A stretch of 64,000 bases of DNA, taken from IMG/VR virus record IMGVR_UViG_3300023174_000039, positions 1-64,000 of that record, one strand, 5' to 3'. Of this stretch, positions 29,348 to 39,803 are shown in pieces. The notes beneath the pieces were generated by a model. The model saw only the letters and a program-made list of their open reading frames with translations, searched no databases and was not told the DNA's origin. A program made the translations under genes and the position numbers. Positions within the stretch are counted from its first letter, which is position 1; each line of letters starts with the position of its first letter.

Positions 29348-30591
29348 TGTCCTTGACATATTTTCCAATCCGAACTGCAACAAGTTGTCAATTAAAATGG
29401 AATTGGACGGCATTGTACCTCAATGGCGGGTTCTCTCGAACTTGCCATCGTACTGCTGAAACACAATTAACTCCAGAAAATTTTAGTGATTTTCACAATA
29501 CTGAAGTTGTGTTAAGCGATCGTACAAGAATGTTGCAAGGCCTATGGCCAGAGAAAAGTTGTTCGTATTGTAAAAATATTGAAGAAGCAGGCGGAACAAG
29601 TGATCGATTGCGACAAATTGACAATCCAAATTTATCTCCGCCTGAACTTGTTGATGATCCTTCTGCAATTGTAGTAAGTCCCACGGTACTAGAAGTATTT
29701 TTTAATAATACATGCAACCTAGGATGCTTGTACTGCACACCCTCATTGAGTTCTGTGATAAACACTGAAAATCACAAGTTTGGTAACTTTGATCAAAACG
29801 GTGTTTCGTTGACTCCTGTAGACATACACTATAAGGATCTATCTCCACATTTTTGGCAATGGTTTCCTGACGGCTTTCCCAAGCTCAAACGATTTGGAGT
29901 GCTAGGTGGTGAACCGTTCTATCAAAAAGAGTTTGAAAAACTTTTAGACATGATAGAGCAACATCCCAATCCCAATTGCGAACTCAACATCATAACCAAT
30001 CTTATGGTATCTCCGGACAGGTTAAGTATGTTTGTTGAACGTTTTAAAAAACTGTTGCTGACAAAAAAAATAAAACGAGTTGATATAACGTGCAGTATAG
30101 ATTGCTGGGGACCACAACAAGAGTATGTGAGATGGGGAATTGATCTTGAGCAATGGCAACAGAATTTTGAATCTCTAATCAAGCACAAATGGTTGTACAT
30201 TAGTATAAATCAAACTATAACAGCGTTGACTATCAAGACCATGCCTGATTTGTTGCTAAAGTTAAAAGAATGGAACGCTATACGCCCAGTACATCATCAC
30301 TTTAGTGGCCCGTCGCCGACTCCGAGCTACTTTGATGCTGGCATATTAGGCGGCGACGAGTTTAAACATGACTTTGATCAAATATTATCCTTGATGCCAC
30401 AATCTACTGATGAAGATAAAATAACATACAACTACATGTTGGGTATAGCAAATGGCATCGTACAGTCCCGGATTAATCCTGATGAGATTAACAAATTGTT
30501 AACTTATCTTGACGAGAAGGATCGCCGACGTGGCACAGATTGGAAAATATTATTTCCGTGGTTAGTGGAGTATAAAAAATATGTGGTATAG
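29347..30591 (+). CDS. Radical SAM protein, twitch-type
   Basis: CQLKW..TCH..CSYC, CNLGCLYC and GGEPF. Confidence 0.9.
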   Translation: MSLTYFPIRTATSCQLKWNWTALYLNGGFSRTCHRTAETQLTPENFSDFHNTEVVLSDRTRMLQGLWPEKSCSYCKNIEEAGGTSDRLRQIDNPNLSPPELVDDPSAIVVSPTVLEVFFNNTCNLGCLYCTPSLSSVINTENHKFGNFDQNGVSLTPVDIHYKDLSPHFWQWFPDGFPKLKRFGVLGGEPFYQKEFEKLLDMIEQHPNPNCELNIITNLMVSPDRLSMFVERFKKLLLTKKIKRVDITCSIDCWGPQQEYVRWGIDLEQWQQNFESLIKHKWLYISINQTITALTIKTMPDLLLKLKEWNAIRPVHHHFSGPSPTPSYFDAGILGGDEFKHDFDQILSLMPQSTDEDKITYNYMLGIANGIVQSRINPDEINKLLTYLDEKDRRRGTDWKILFPWLVEYKKYVV

Positions 30592-31033
30592 TAAAGTTAC
30601 GTCTAATCTTGGACTCATTCCTGATTTTATATCGCATTACGAAAACGAATTAGATCTGGCCAAACGAGACTGCAAAATTGGTGGTATAGTAGAAAAAAAT
30701 ATCACTGCATTACCGGGTATTACTGAGCACAGGTTTAATCAACTGCAAGAGATTGAAGCAGTATTGAATTTTCTCAACATCCAGTTGCGCAAGATTAGAC
30801 GCAAGCACTTCCAGAAATATTTAGAAGGCTATGCCAGAGCCTTAACTAGTAGGGATGCGGAGAAATATGTTGATGGTGAGGACGAAGTAATTGATTACGA
30901 AACCATCATCAACGAAGTAGCATATTTGCGAAATCGTTGGCTAGGGATCATGAAAGGTCTTGATACCAAACAGTGGCAAATGGGCCACGTGGTACGATTA
31001 CGTACTGCTGGCATGGAAGATATACAAGTTTAA
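30581..31033 (+). CDS. uvsY: Recombination mediator UvsY
   Basis: 150-aa helical protein with AEKYVDG...WQMGHVVRLR; near uvsX. Confidence 0.8.
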   Translation: MWYSKVTSNLGLIPDFISHYENELDLAKRDCKIGGIVEKNITALPGITEHRFNQLQEIEAVLNFLNIQLRKIRRKHFQKYLEGYARALTSRDAEKYVDGEDEVIDYETIINEVAYLRNRWLGIMKGLDTKQWQMGHVVRLRTAGMEDIQV

Positions 31034-31041
31034 AGGAATCA

Positions 31042-32142
31042 ATGAGTTATCTATTTACAAGTGAAAGTGTGTCTGAAGGACACCCAGATAAAATAGCAGA
31101 CGCCATTAGCGATGCTGTATTAGATCTAGTTATGACCAAACAAGACACAGCATTGCGATGCGCATGCGAGACATTGGTTACTACCAATCGTGTCATAGTT
31201 GCAGGAGAATACAAAGGCATTTTACACGCCGAGGAAGTTGATTCTGCAGTTCGCAAAGTTATCAAAGATGTTGGGTACAAACAAGCAGGATTTAATTGGC
31301 AAACAGTAGAGATTACAAATTTATTGCATGGGCAAAGTGCTGACATTGCATTAGGAACTGACACCTTTGGCGCCGGAGATCAAGGATTGATGTTTGGATA
31401 TGCTTGCAATGAAACTGATGCACATATGCCTAGTGCAATTTATTGGAGCCACAAGATTGTAGAACAGCTTGCCAAGCTACGCAAAAACAATGACTTGCCT
31501 TGGTTAGGTCCAGATGCTAAGAGTCAGGTCACATTTGAATACAATGACGATGGCTCTCCTAAACGTATTGCTAAAGTGGTATGCTCTACGCAACATCACG
31601 AGTCAGTGGATATTGAGCAAGTTCAAATGTCTGTTGAAAGTGTGATTCGCAGTGTCTTACCGGAGAAATATGTTGACAATGCTACTGAGTTTTTTATTAA
31701 TCCTACTGGCCGTTTTGTTATTGGTGGCCCTGATGGTGATACAGGTCTCACCGGTCGTAAGATTATTGTTGATACTTATGGTGGGTATAGCCCTCATGGG
31801 GGCGGGGCTTTCTCAGGGAAAGATCCCACAAAGGTGGACCGTAGTGCCGCTTACATGATGCGCTATCTTGCCAAGAACATTGTAGCAAGTGGTCGAGCAG
31901 ATTGGGCTACAGTACAGATTAGTTATGCTATTGGTCTAGCACAGCCCATGAGCTTCTATGTAGAAACCGCAGACTTACAACAGAGTCGCGATCTAACCAA
32001 ATGGTTACAAGACAATGTTGATTTAACACCTCGTGGTATTATTGAACGTTTTAATTTGTTTAGGCCAATCTATAGTACAACAACCAATTACGGACACTTT
32101 GGCAAAGATTATTTGCCCTGGGAAAAAACAGACCTGTTCTAA
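31042..32142 (+). CDS. metK: S-adenosylmethionine synthetase
   Basis: FTSESVSEGHPDK, GAGDQG and GGGAFSGKD signatures. Confidence 0.98.
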   Translation: MSYLFTSESVSEGHPDKIADAISDAVLDLVMTKQDTALRCACETLVTTNRVIVAGEYKGILHAEEVDSAVRKVIKDVGYKQAGFNWQTVEITNLLHGQSADIALGTDTFGAGDQGLMFGYACNETDAHMPSAIYWSHKIVEQLAKLRKNNDLPWLGPDAKSQVTFEYNDDGSPKRIAKVVCSTQHHESVDIEQVQMSVESVIRSVLPEKYVDNATEFFINPTGRFVIGGPDGDTGLTGRKIIVDTYGGYSPHGGGAFSGKDPTKVDRSAAYMMRYLAKNIVASGRADWATVQISYAIGLAQPMSFYVETADLQQSRDLTKWLQDNVDLTPRGIIERFNLFRPIYSTTTNYGHFGKDYLPWEKTDLF

Positions 32143-32162
32143 TACTGTGTTTAAATAGCAGT

Positions 32163-32918
32163 ATGAAAATTGTACTTGTAACAGGTGGGTTCGATCCCAT
32201 ACACTCCGGACACCTTGCCTACTTTCAGGCAGCAAAACAACTAGGTGATAAACTCATAGTTGGACTTAACTCAGATGAATGGCTTACTCGTAAAAAGGGC
32301 AAGCCATTCATGCCCATGAGTGAACGCTTTGCACTAGTTAGTGCATTGAGCATTGTGGATCAAGTGATTGTTTACAATGACAACGATAACTCCAGTTGTG
32401 ATGCAATTCAACTGATAAAAACACGTTACCCTAACGATACTATTGTGTTTGCCAACGGGGGCGATCGCACCAAGGATAACATTCCAGAAATGGTATTTGA
32501 CGATGTGGAGTTTGTGTTTGGTGTTGGTGGCGAAAACAAGATGAACTCTAGTTCCTGGATATTGGAAGATTGGAAGAAACCCAAGACCTCACGTGCCTGG
32601 GGGTATTATCGTGTGTTACACGAAGTTGGGCCAAACACCAAACTCAAAGAACTTACTGTGGCACCCAAGACCTGCTTGAGTATGCAACGACACGATCGAC
32701 GTGCTGAGTTTTGGTTTGTGGCAGAAGGTGAAGCCGCAGTGTATACCCTGGACAATTCCAGCGATCACGATCTTGTTGGTCATTTCAATGTGCATGACTA
32801 TATCTGGATCAAGAAAAATCAATGGCACATGCTGTGCAATGAAACTGACCAACCTCTTAAACTGATTGAAATTCAGTATGGTGAAGATTGTGTGGAAGAG
32901 GATATTGAGCGTCGATGA
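32163..32918 (+). CDS. Cytidylyltransferase (HIGH family) fused to a mannose-6-phosphate-isomerase-type cupin
   Basis: TGGFDPIHSGH and FANGGDR; C-terminal RAWGYY, LSMQRH..RAEFW, H and IEIQYG; TAAATA 32152-32157. Confidence 0.9.
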   Translation: MKIVLVTGGFDPIHSGHLAYFQAAKQLGDKLIVGLNSDEWLTRKKGKPFMPMSERFALVSALSIVDQVIVYNDNDNSSCDAIQLIKTRYPNDTIVFANGGDRTKDNIPEMVFDDVEFVFGVGGENKMNSSSWILEDWKKPKTSRAWGYYRVLHEVGPNTKLKELTVAPKTCLSMQRHDRRAEFWFVAEGEAAVYTLDNSSDHDLVGHFNVHDYIWIKKNQWHMLCNETDQPLKLIEIQYGEDCVEEDIERR

Positions 32919-33604
32919 AAGCCATACCAGTTTACGTTGGGTATGATCCTAGAGAAGCAATTGCTTTTCATACCTGTGCTAACTCAATCATACGACATGC
33001 ATCAAAGCCTGTGGCTATTATTCCTGTGGCGCTGAACCTGTTTCGTGACTACGAAGAAACACATACAGATGGCAGCAATCACTTTATCTACACACGATTT
33101 CTTGTGCCACACCTGCAAGAATACACAGGATGGGCAATATTCATTGACGGCGACATGATTGTGCGTGATGACATTGTTAAACTATGGGAGTTGAAAAATC
33201 CCTACAATGACGTGATGGTAGTCAAGCACGATTACAAAACACGCATGCCTGTAAAATATTTAGGAGCACGAAATGAAGACTATCCTCGAAAAAATTGGTC
33301 TAGTGTTATTCTGTGGAATTGTAATAGCTTTCCTAACAGACAGCTTACTCCTGAGTTTGTCCAGCGAGCCACGGGCAGTGAGCTCCACCGCTTCTCGTGG
33401 CTAGATGATGCCCGCATAGGTGAACTGCCACCAGAGTGGAATTGGCTGCCAGATGAATATGGTGTCAACAAGGACGCTAAACTATTGCACTACACTCTGG
33501 GCACACCGTGCTTTCAAGAGTTTGCTGACACACCACAAGGTGATGAATGGCACAGAGAACGCATACTTACTGAATATTGTTTACAGAGGTCAATAGATGA
33601 ATGA
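32915..33604 (+). CDS. Glycosyltransferase (GT-A, GT8-like)
   Basis: VGYDPRE, FIYTRFLVP, FIDGDM (DxD), YPRKNWSS and LHYTLGTP. Confidence 0.85.
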   Translation: MKAIPVYVGYDPREAIAFHTCANSIIRHASKPVAIIPVALNLFRDYEETHTDGSNHFIYTRFLVPHLQEYTGWAIFIDGDMIVRDDIVKLWELKNPYNDVMVVKHDYKTRMPVKYLGARNEDYPRKNWSSVILWNCNSFPNRQLTPEFVQRATGSELHRFSWLDDARIGELPPEWNWLPDEYGVNKDAKLLHYTLGTPCFQEFADTPQGDEWHRERILTEYCLQRSIDE

Positions 33605-34592
33605 CTGGGAACTCGAAGACGAAACCAATTACGTTCCACCCCTGCCGCCACCGCCGCCGCCGCCGCATGTGCTTGATCAAACTGTACCAGAAATAAGATA
33701 TTTGTTTGATAATATATTAAAATATCGTGTGGACCCTGCAGGATTGTACTATGGAATTACGTTAGAAGTATTACACCAGCAGTTGGCTGCTATACCAGTC
33801 AATCAAGTTGTGGCACTAGATAGTGAATATAGATACGAAAGAAAAGGTCATATGTACGACCCACTACTACAAAGTTTTGTTCAAGGTGCAGGTGGACAAC
33901 TCAGCACCTGGGAAAAAGAAGAACACTCAATGACCCCGGCTGTGTTGCGCGGCATTACCAAACGCAAGCAAATGGAAGGCTGTCGAGCAGTTGGTAGAGA
34001 TTTTTACTACATGGACACTGGTTACTTTGGCAATAGCAAGCGAAAGTTATATCATCGCATTACAAAGAACGATGTACAGTATTTTGGTCCAGTTATAGAA
34101 CGTCCTAGAGATAGACTAGATGCAACAGGTGTAAAGTTTAAAAAGTTTACGTCAGGCACAAACATACTGTTGGCACCACCTAGCCAAAAATTATTAAACC
34201 TATATGATATCAATTTAGAAGAGTGGCTTGAAACCACACAAGAAACTTTAAGAAAACACACAAACCGTCCAATTGTAGTACGCACTAAACAAGGGCGTAG
34301 TACCAGAGTCAATACCGATACCATGGAAATGGCACTGGATCAAGATGTACATTGCTTGGTAACATATTCAAGTATTGCTGCCACAGAAGCACTATTGTTG
34401 GGTAAACCAGCAATCACACTAGGGCCAAACGCTGCCTCACCGTTATGCAGAAAAAATATTGCCGATATTGAAAATCCTTACATACCGAGCCTCGACGAAG
34501 TTGATGCATGGGCACGTAGCCTAGCCTATTGCCAATTTACCGAAGTAGAAATGCGAAACGGTACTGCTTGGCGTATTCTAAATGAGCGTTGA
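33597..34592 (+). CDS. Capsule-biosynthesis (KpsS/KpsC-like GT-B) protein, paralog 1
   Basis: YYMDTGY, RPIVVRTK, LVTYSSIAATEALLLGKP and LAYCQFT..E. Confidence 0.6.
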   Translation: MNDWELEDETNYVPPLPPPPPPPHVLDQTVPEIRYLFDNILKYRVDPAGLYYGITLEVLHQQLAAIPVNQVVALDSEYRYERKGHMYDPLLQSFVQGAGGQLSTWEKEEHSMTPAVLRGITKRKQMEGCRAVGRDFYYMDTGYFGNSKRKLYHRITKNDVQYFGPVIERPRDRLDATGVKFKKFTSGTNILLAPPSQKLLNLYDINLEEWLETTQETLRKHTNRPIVVRTKQGRSTRVNTDTMEMALDQDVHCLVTYSSIAATEALLLGKPAITLGPNAASPLCRKNIADIENPYIPSLDEVDAWARSLAYCQFTEVEMRNGTAWRILNER

Positions 34593-35511
34593 TGTTGTTG
34601 TTTATGTCAGTAGTGTAGCAAATCCTCGAAAACACGCAAGGAAAATTGCCTGCCTAGAAAGTTTTGCCGAAGGTGTTAAAAATACCGGGCATCGAGTTCA
34701 TGTGGAATGGGATTTTAAGTATCGTCCCAGCAGACTGGCAGTGATGTTGGGTTGGGCAACAACCAACACAGGCGGTCGTAATATCACTTTGCGAAAAGAA
34801 ATAATTGCCGAACAGCAACGTCGTGGATTTAACACCATGTGCATTGATGCCAGTTGTTGGAAGTATCTTGATGACTCAGGTACCTATTTGCGTTATAGCC
34901 TGGGCGGTCCGTTTTACGATCGTGCTGAGTATGCAAATAAAAATAGTAGCCCAGAGAAGTGGACAGAAATTAGTCAACGACTAAACATACATCTGCAACC
35001 TGTAAAAAATAACAATAATGGGTATATTTTGATTTGTATGCAACGTGATGGCGGCTTTGCTATGAAGACATTGAGTCCCGTGGCCTGGCTAGAAGATAAA
35101 ATTAAAACTATTCGTCAATATACAAAAAGACAAATTGTTGTGAGACCACATCCTGGTGCATACCTAATGAAAGATTTTTCACACATACGTCAATTGAATA
35201 CTAGTGTAATTGATCCTGCGCATAGTAAACTGCTAGATAATTTAATCGATGCGCATTCAGTAGTATTGTTCAACAGTTCAGCCAGTGTGGCTGCTGTGTG
35301 CGCAGGCGTTCCAGTGTTTGCAGATGATGCCAGTTGTGTTAGTTGGGCAGTAGCCAACCGAGATATATCACGTATTGAATCTCCGGAAATATTTGATCGG
35401 CAGCAATGGATTCAAGATTTATCAGCGGCCCATTGGAGTGATGCCGATGCTTGCCAAGGCCTTGTGTACCAAAAGTTTTTGCCTTATTTGACTTCAACTA
35501 CCACATCGTAA
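34582..35511 (+). CDS. Capsule-biosynthesis (KpsS/KpsC-like GT-B) protein, paralog 2
   Basis: ILICMQ, IVVRPHP and FNSSASVAAVCAGVP. Confidence 0.6.
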   Translation: MSVDVVVYVSSVANPRKHARKIACLESFAEGVKNTGHRVHVEWDFKYRPSRLAVMLGWATTNTGGRNITLRKEIIAEQQRRGFNTMCIDASCWKYLDDSGTYLRYSLGGPFYDRAEYANKNSSPEKWTEISQRLNIHLQPVKNNNNGYILICMQRDGGFAMKTLSPVAWLEDKIKTIRQYTKRQIVVRPHPGAYLMKDFSHIRQLNTSVIDPAHSKLLDNLIDAHSVVLFNSSASVAAVCAGVPVFADDASCVSWAVANRDISRIESPEIFDRQQWIQDLSAAHWSDADACQGLVYQKFLPYLTSTTTS

Positions 35512-36041
35512 TTGTGTCCTACAATGTCGGACCACTTGTGACTTTTGTCAACCACACTTATATCTTCTTTGACTATAGTAAGTTGCATAACCTTTAGTAT
35601 GCGATCTCTCCACCATTCGGGAGTCTCTACAATTAGATGAGCATTACGTCCATCGGGCAAGTGCTTTTTAGCTGGATAACAGGCAATTCTAAACCAACCA
35701 GCTTTTTGTATTTTACCACGTATCAAGGTCAACGTTTGGTCAAGGTATGCTGGCTCAATATGCTCAAACACATCCGCACTCACAACAACATCAAAATTGC
35801 GTTTGGGCATTTGATTATGATCAGTATTGCCGGGGTCGTACCCTTCCACACGCATAGCAGGATATAGTTCTTGTATACTTGCTATTAATGCCCCGTGGCC
35901 ACAGCCGTAGTCTAATAAACTTGCAGGCCGGTATTGGTCAATAAATGGTTTTACATTTTTTAAAATCTTACTGCCTCTAACAAATTGACCACGCCCATGC
36001 ATGGTTGCCAACTGTTTTTGATAATTTGGATCTATAATCAT
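35484..36041 (-). CDS. Class I SAM-dependent methyltransferase
   Basis: LLDYGCGHG, GYDPG and DVFEHIEP; start at MIIDPNY. Confidence 0.88.
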   Translation of the reverse strand: MIIDPNYQKQLATMHGRGQFVRGSKILKNVKPFIDQYRPASLLDYGCGHGALIASIQELYPAMRVEGYDPGNTDHNQMPKRNFDVVVSADVFEHIEPAYLDQTLTLIRGKIQKAGWFRIACYPAKKHLPDGRNAHLIVETPEWWRDRILKVMQLTIVKEDISVVDKSHKWSDIVGHNYDVVVEVK

Positions 36042-36712
36042 CTGTGATTTACCTCTACATATTTGTACTTGCCAGTCCATGTTGCAGGAACATCGGACCA
36101 CTTGCCTGTGAGTTGATCATCTAACCATCCAGGATAGTACTCGCGATCTTTAAACCACCAAAACAAATCACCACCTGTCCAGTCTTGGTAGTAACTACGA
36201 AAGAATTCTCTAGTGCGTGGTTTACAAAAATATGCAGGATCATACATGGTCTTTTTACTCTTGGCTTCACGTTGAAAATTCAATCCAATAAAGCAAAACT
36301 TACTGGCATAACTTTCCATCAACTCTCTCACCCAAGTCATGTCATCATCTGGTATGCTGTTTAATACCTGAGTACAAATTACTCCGTCAAACTTGGTTCC
36401 TCTCGGAGGCAACTGATCAAATTCAGCAACGCAAGGATCGTAGCAGTATACCTTGACTCCTAGATACTCGTCAAACGTTCTCCAGTCGCTTTCGGGTATG
36501 CCCACACTGCCTGTTTGGCTGTAGGGAAGTTTTTCTTTGTATTGTAATCCCTTACCACACCCGTAATCAAGTATGGTCTTTGCACCATAATGATCCACTA
36601 GGTCTTTGATCTTCTTTTGATATTTTACAACATCGTACCCGGCCCAGTTTTTATTGCTTTCTTGAAAATTGGTGCCTAGCCGAACTGATTGCGTATAATA
36701 AGAACTCACCAT
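36038..36712 (-). CDS. Class I SAM-dependent methyltransferase
   Basis: ILDYGCGKG, CYDP and FDGVICTQVL. Confidence 0.85.
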   Translation of the reverse strand: MVSSYYTQSVRLGTNFQESNKNWAGYDVVKYQKKIKDLVDHYGAKTILDYGCGKGLQYKEKLPYSQTGSVGIPESDWRTFDEYLGVKVYCYDPCVAEFDQLPPRGTKFDGVICTQVLNSIPDDDMTWVRELMESYASKFCFIGLNFQREAKSKKTMYDPAYFCKPRTREFFRSYYQDWTGGDLFWWFKDREYYPGWLDDQLTGKWSDVPATWTGKYKYVEVNHR

Positions 36713-37353
36713 CCCATAATCCAGTCATCTTTAACTTGATCTAGTTTGCGCATGCCAAAGGATTCTAGTAATCCAATGGCTGCAAACTGTCCATAGTCTT
36801 TTGAATACATATCGTGTGGCTTTTGCTCCACTACCACAACTGGGCGCCATTGTCGAATTGTTTGCTCAGCACCTTGTATCACACGATATTCAAATCCTTC
36901 GCAGTCCATTTTGATATAGTCTACATTGTCAATGTACAAGTTATCTAGTTTGACCACAGTGGTATCACCAGATCCAATGCTGGTAGGATCAATATGCGTG
37001 TGTCCTGTATTACCAGCAGTTATGTTCATACGTGCTGTGGTATCCTGATCACCTAAGGCCATGGGGCTGATAAAAAAGTTTTTGCCTGTGACATTTTTAT
37101 GCAAGCATTCTCTAAACATTGGTACAGGCTCAAACGCAATCACACGTTCAAACTTTGACACAAGTGAACGACTCCATAAGCCTACATTGGCACCAATGTC
37201 TATGCCAGTTCTAAACTGTTTGACATAGGTCAAACTCTTGTTGCGTACCTGATACTGATATTCAGCAGGTCCACCTTTACTGATACTCTTGTTGAGCATT
37301 TGTGGGAAGTGTGTTTCCGTATCTGGAAACCACCATCCGTGGCTTTCATACAT
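36706..37353 (-). CDS. FkbM-family methyltransferase
   Basis: IDIGANVG, AFEP and IKMDCEGFE. Confidence 0.92.
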   Translation of the reverse strand: MYESHGWWFPDTETHFPQMLNKSISKGGPAEYQYQVRNKSLTYVKQFRTGIDIGANVGLWSRSLVSKFERVIAFEPVPMFRECLHKNVTGKNFFISPMALGDQDTTARMNITAGNTGHTHIDPTSIGSGDTTVVKLDNLYIDNVDYIKMDCEGFEYRVIQGAEQTIRQWRPVVVVEQKPHDMYSKDYGQFAAIGLLESFGMRKLDQVKDDWIMGW

Positions 37354-38149
37354 TGTAGGTCTCCTTGAGTATGCGTGTGGCAACTCCGTTTTTTAACTCG
37401 TCGTTATGGAACTGTCCATACGCAAGATGATGTGCCCAAGCATGTACTTGATCTTGGTCAGCATAAGTGGGGGTGTCTATTTTGGCTAAGTCTGTGTCGG
37501 CTACAGGCATGGCCGCGTTACAAGGTGCTAGAACAAACGCTGGCACGCCTGATAAAATACTTTCTGTGGCAGCAATTGAGTTAAAGGTAACCACAGCATG
37601 TACATCATCTAGTGCAGATTCAATGTTGTGTTTGACCCTGGCCCGCCTATCAGGATTGCGTTGCCGTATTTCCACCGGACGATCAGTGTGTCGTTTTATA
37701 GTAGTCATAGTTTGTGCAATCCATTGCTCAAGATCAATGCCGTAAAATATACAAGGCTTTTCATCTGGCGCCGCAATTAAAATTTTACTGCCTGTGCGCC
37801 TCCAAGGCTGTATGTTGATTCTTAATCGCTCCCAGCGATCAGCAGGGCGTGACACAATTTTATCATGCTGTAAGTTGTTGAATACAATACGATGATAGTA
37901 CTTCCATCCATTGGGATTGGCACTACTGGCACGATTGCCTACATAGCCAGAATCCATGTACAAAAATGGTCTTTGATCCTGCCAACATTGTTTGATAATC
38001 TTGTGCTTCATTATGCCACGTACTACAATTGTATTTTGACTGGATTCGTATTGCCAAGTTTCAAGTGGGGTAGACGTTGACCCTGACCCATGAGCCAACA
38101 TTTCCATGTACTCATCCTGATTGTTCTTGCTTAAAAATATCCAGTTCAT
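37346..38149 (-). CDS. Capsule-biosynthesis (KpsS/KpsC-like GT-B) protein, paralog 3
   Basis: YMDSGY, RPVEIRQR, VVTFNSIAATESILSGVP and LAYGQF; clearly similar to 33597-34592. Confidence 0.6.
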   Translation of the reverse strand: MNWIFLSKNNQDEYMEMLAHGSGSTSTPLETWQYESSQNTIVVRGIMKHKIIKQCWQDQRPFLYMDSGYVGNRASSANPNGWKYYHRIVFNNLQHDKIVSRPADRWERLRINIQPWRRTGSKILIAAPDEKPCIFYGIDLEQWIAQTMTTIKRHTDRPVEIRQRNPDRRARVKHNIESALDDVHAVVTFNSIAATESILSGVPAFVLAPCNAAMPVADTDLAKIDTPTYADQDQVHAWAHHLAYGQFHNDELKNGVATRILKETYNV

Positions 38150-38949
38150 TGCCAGTATGCTTCTGTTCTTGTGACTTTAAGGTCCACACGCTTGCTACGT
38201 CCAAGGTCTTTTCTTGCACCCTTAAGATGATCTAACCATGCTCCCCACTCACAGTTGATTAAGGGATGTCCTTCGCCGGTGATCAAATGACTTGACCAGT
38301 CAAGTTCTATCAACGTACTATTACGACGTACGGCATCAAACACAAATGAGTCGTGCCACTCGTCCAGTTTAAAAATACCATTCTCGGCATCATCGTAGGC
38401 CTGCTGAAACTTGCTTAAAAACAAACAAGTAGCAGGGCTTGTTAAATTCATAGCATACAATCCGCATTCGGTATACTTTTGTCTACGTCCCAGGAAGCAA
38501 AGGTCCATTCTTGGGGGACACATTTTTTGTAAATCAGCAAGCCTGATCGGGCTATGGCATATGGTATCAGCATCCATCCACAACAACCAATCAGTTGATG
38601 TAGTTTTTGCACAGTGAAATACGGCATAAACTTTGTGAGCAAATCGAATTGCATCCCACTTGAAGCCTTTACCGGCATCCTTGCGTTGAGACCGTGCTGG
38701 ATCAGCACTTACATCACCATTTGCTTTGGGCACACCGCGCCACTTGTGTTTGAATGCAACCAGTTCTGGACTAGCAACCGCAAGGTCATGCACAATCAAG
38801 TTAGGTGCCGATTCACTTACCGCACAAGCTTCGGCATACACAACCAATTGAACCTCTTGCGGCCAATTCTGCAAAAAGGTTTGTATCATGCGTCGGCCAT
38901 ACTTCTCATAACCGCCGGCGTTAAAAGTGGTACATACAGTATATTTCAT
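38146..38949 (-). CDS. Glycosyltransferase (GT-A, nucleotide-diphospho-sugar transferase)
   Basis: RFAHKVYA, WMDADT (DxD), WHDSFVFD and DHLKG. Confidence 0.75.
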   Translation of the reverse strand: MKYTVCTTFNAGGYEKYGRRMIQTFLQNWPQEVQLVVYAEACAVSESAPNLIVHDLAVASPELVAFKHKWRGVPKANGDVSADPARSQRKDAGKGFKWDAIRFAHKVYAVFHCAKTTSTDWLLWMDADTICHSPIRLADLQKMCPPRMDLCFLGRRQKYTECGLYAMNLTSPATCLFLSKFQQAYDDAENGIFKLDEWHDSFVFDAVRRNSTLIELDWSSHLITGEGHPLINCEWGAWLDHLKGARKDLGRSKRVDLKVTRTEAYWQ

Positions 38950-38960
38950 CAAGAATACTT

Positions 38961-39803
38961 ATGATTAAAAACATAGCATATTATCCTTTACAACGTGCTC
39001 TAAATGGCGGCCCTCCTATGAATGCCATGCTTACTGCTCTGCACAACGCTGGCATAGAAACACACGATCGTGGACTAGATTCTGACGCTGTGCTCATATG
39101 GTCAGCACTATGGTCTGGTAGAATGGCAGCCAACCAAGCAGTATATAGACATTATAGGGCACAAGGCAAGCCAGTAATCATCATTGACATTGGGGCACTA
39201 AATCGTGGCACAACATGGAAGGTTGCAGTGAACAACATCAATGCCAATGGTTATTATGGGCACTTAGACAACCTAGATTGGGATCGTCCCCGGAAGATGA
39301 ATCTAGTACTTGGCACTCCCACAAATACCAAATCTCACATTGTGATTGCGGCACAGCACACGCAAAGCGAACAATTGGCAGGAGTTGATCTTACTATGTG
39401 GATACATGCTCAAATACAATTGATAAAAAACAACACGGATAGACCCATACACATTAGACCACATCCCAGATGCAGTCTTAACACTACCAGTTTTGCTGGA
39501 GTCAAAATTGAGTCGCCCAGTAGAGTATCCAACACATACGACAGTTTTGATTTGGGATTGAATTGTCATGCCATTGTAAATTACAACTCGGGACCGGGCA
39601 TACAAGCAGCCATAGCAGGTGTTCGTCCCATAGTTGAAATGAGTAGTTTGGCATATCCTGTTGGGGTTGGCATTGCTGATATAGAAAAACCTTACACAAC
39701 TGACCGTGAATTGTGGCTCGCACAAATTAGTCATACTGAATACACAGTACCTGAATTAGAACAAGGCTTATGGCTAAAAAGAATAGAATCGGCACTGGCA
39801 TAA
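38961..39803 (+). CDS. Capsule-biosynthesis (KpsS/KpsC-like GT-B) protein, paralog 4
   Basis: IVIAAQ, IHIRPHP and VNYNSGPGIQAAIAG. Confidence 0.6.
   Translation: MIKNIAYYPLQRALNGGPPMNAMLTALHNAGIETHDRGLDSDAVLIWSALWSGRMAANQAVYRHYRAQGKPVIIIDIGALNRGTTWKVAVNNINANGYYGHLDNLDWDRPRKMNLVLGTPTNTKSHIVIAAQHTQSEQLAGVDLTMWIHAQIQLIKNNTDRPIHIRPHPRCSLNTTSFAGVKIESPSRVSNTYDSFDLGLNCHAIVNYNSGPGIQAAIAGVRPIVEMSSLAYPVGVGIADIEKPYTTDRELWLAQISHTEYTVPELEQGLWLKRIESALA

Noticed and set aside
33630-33670. CCG repeat as a contingency (phase-variation) locus
   Set aside because: Short imperfect trinucleotide run encoding a polyproline linker; length changes would keep the frame
35470-38970. Recombinase-driven invertible segment
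   Set aside because: No flanking inverted repeats or invertase found, and the ends overlap neighbouring genes
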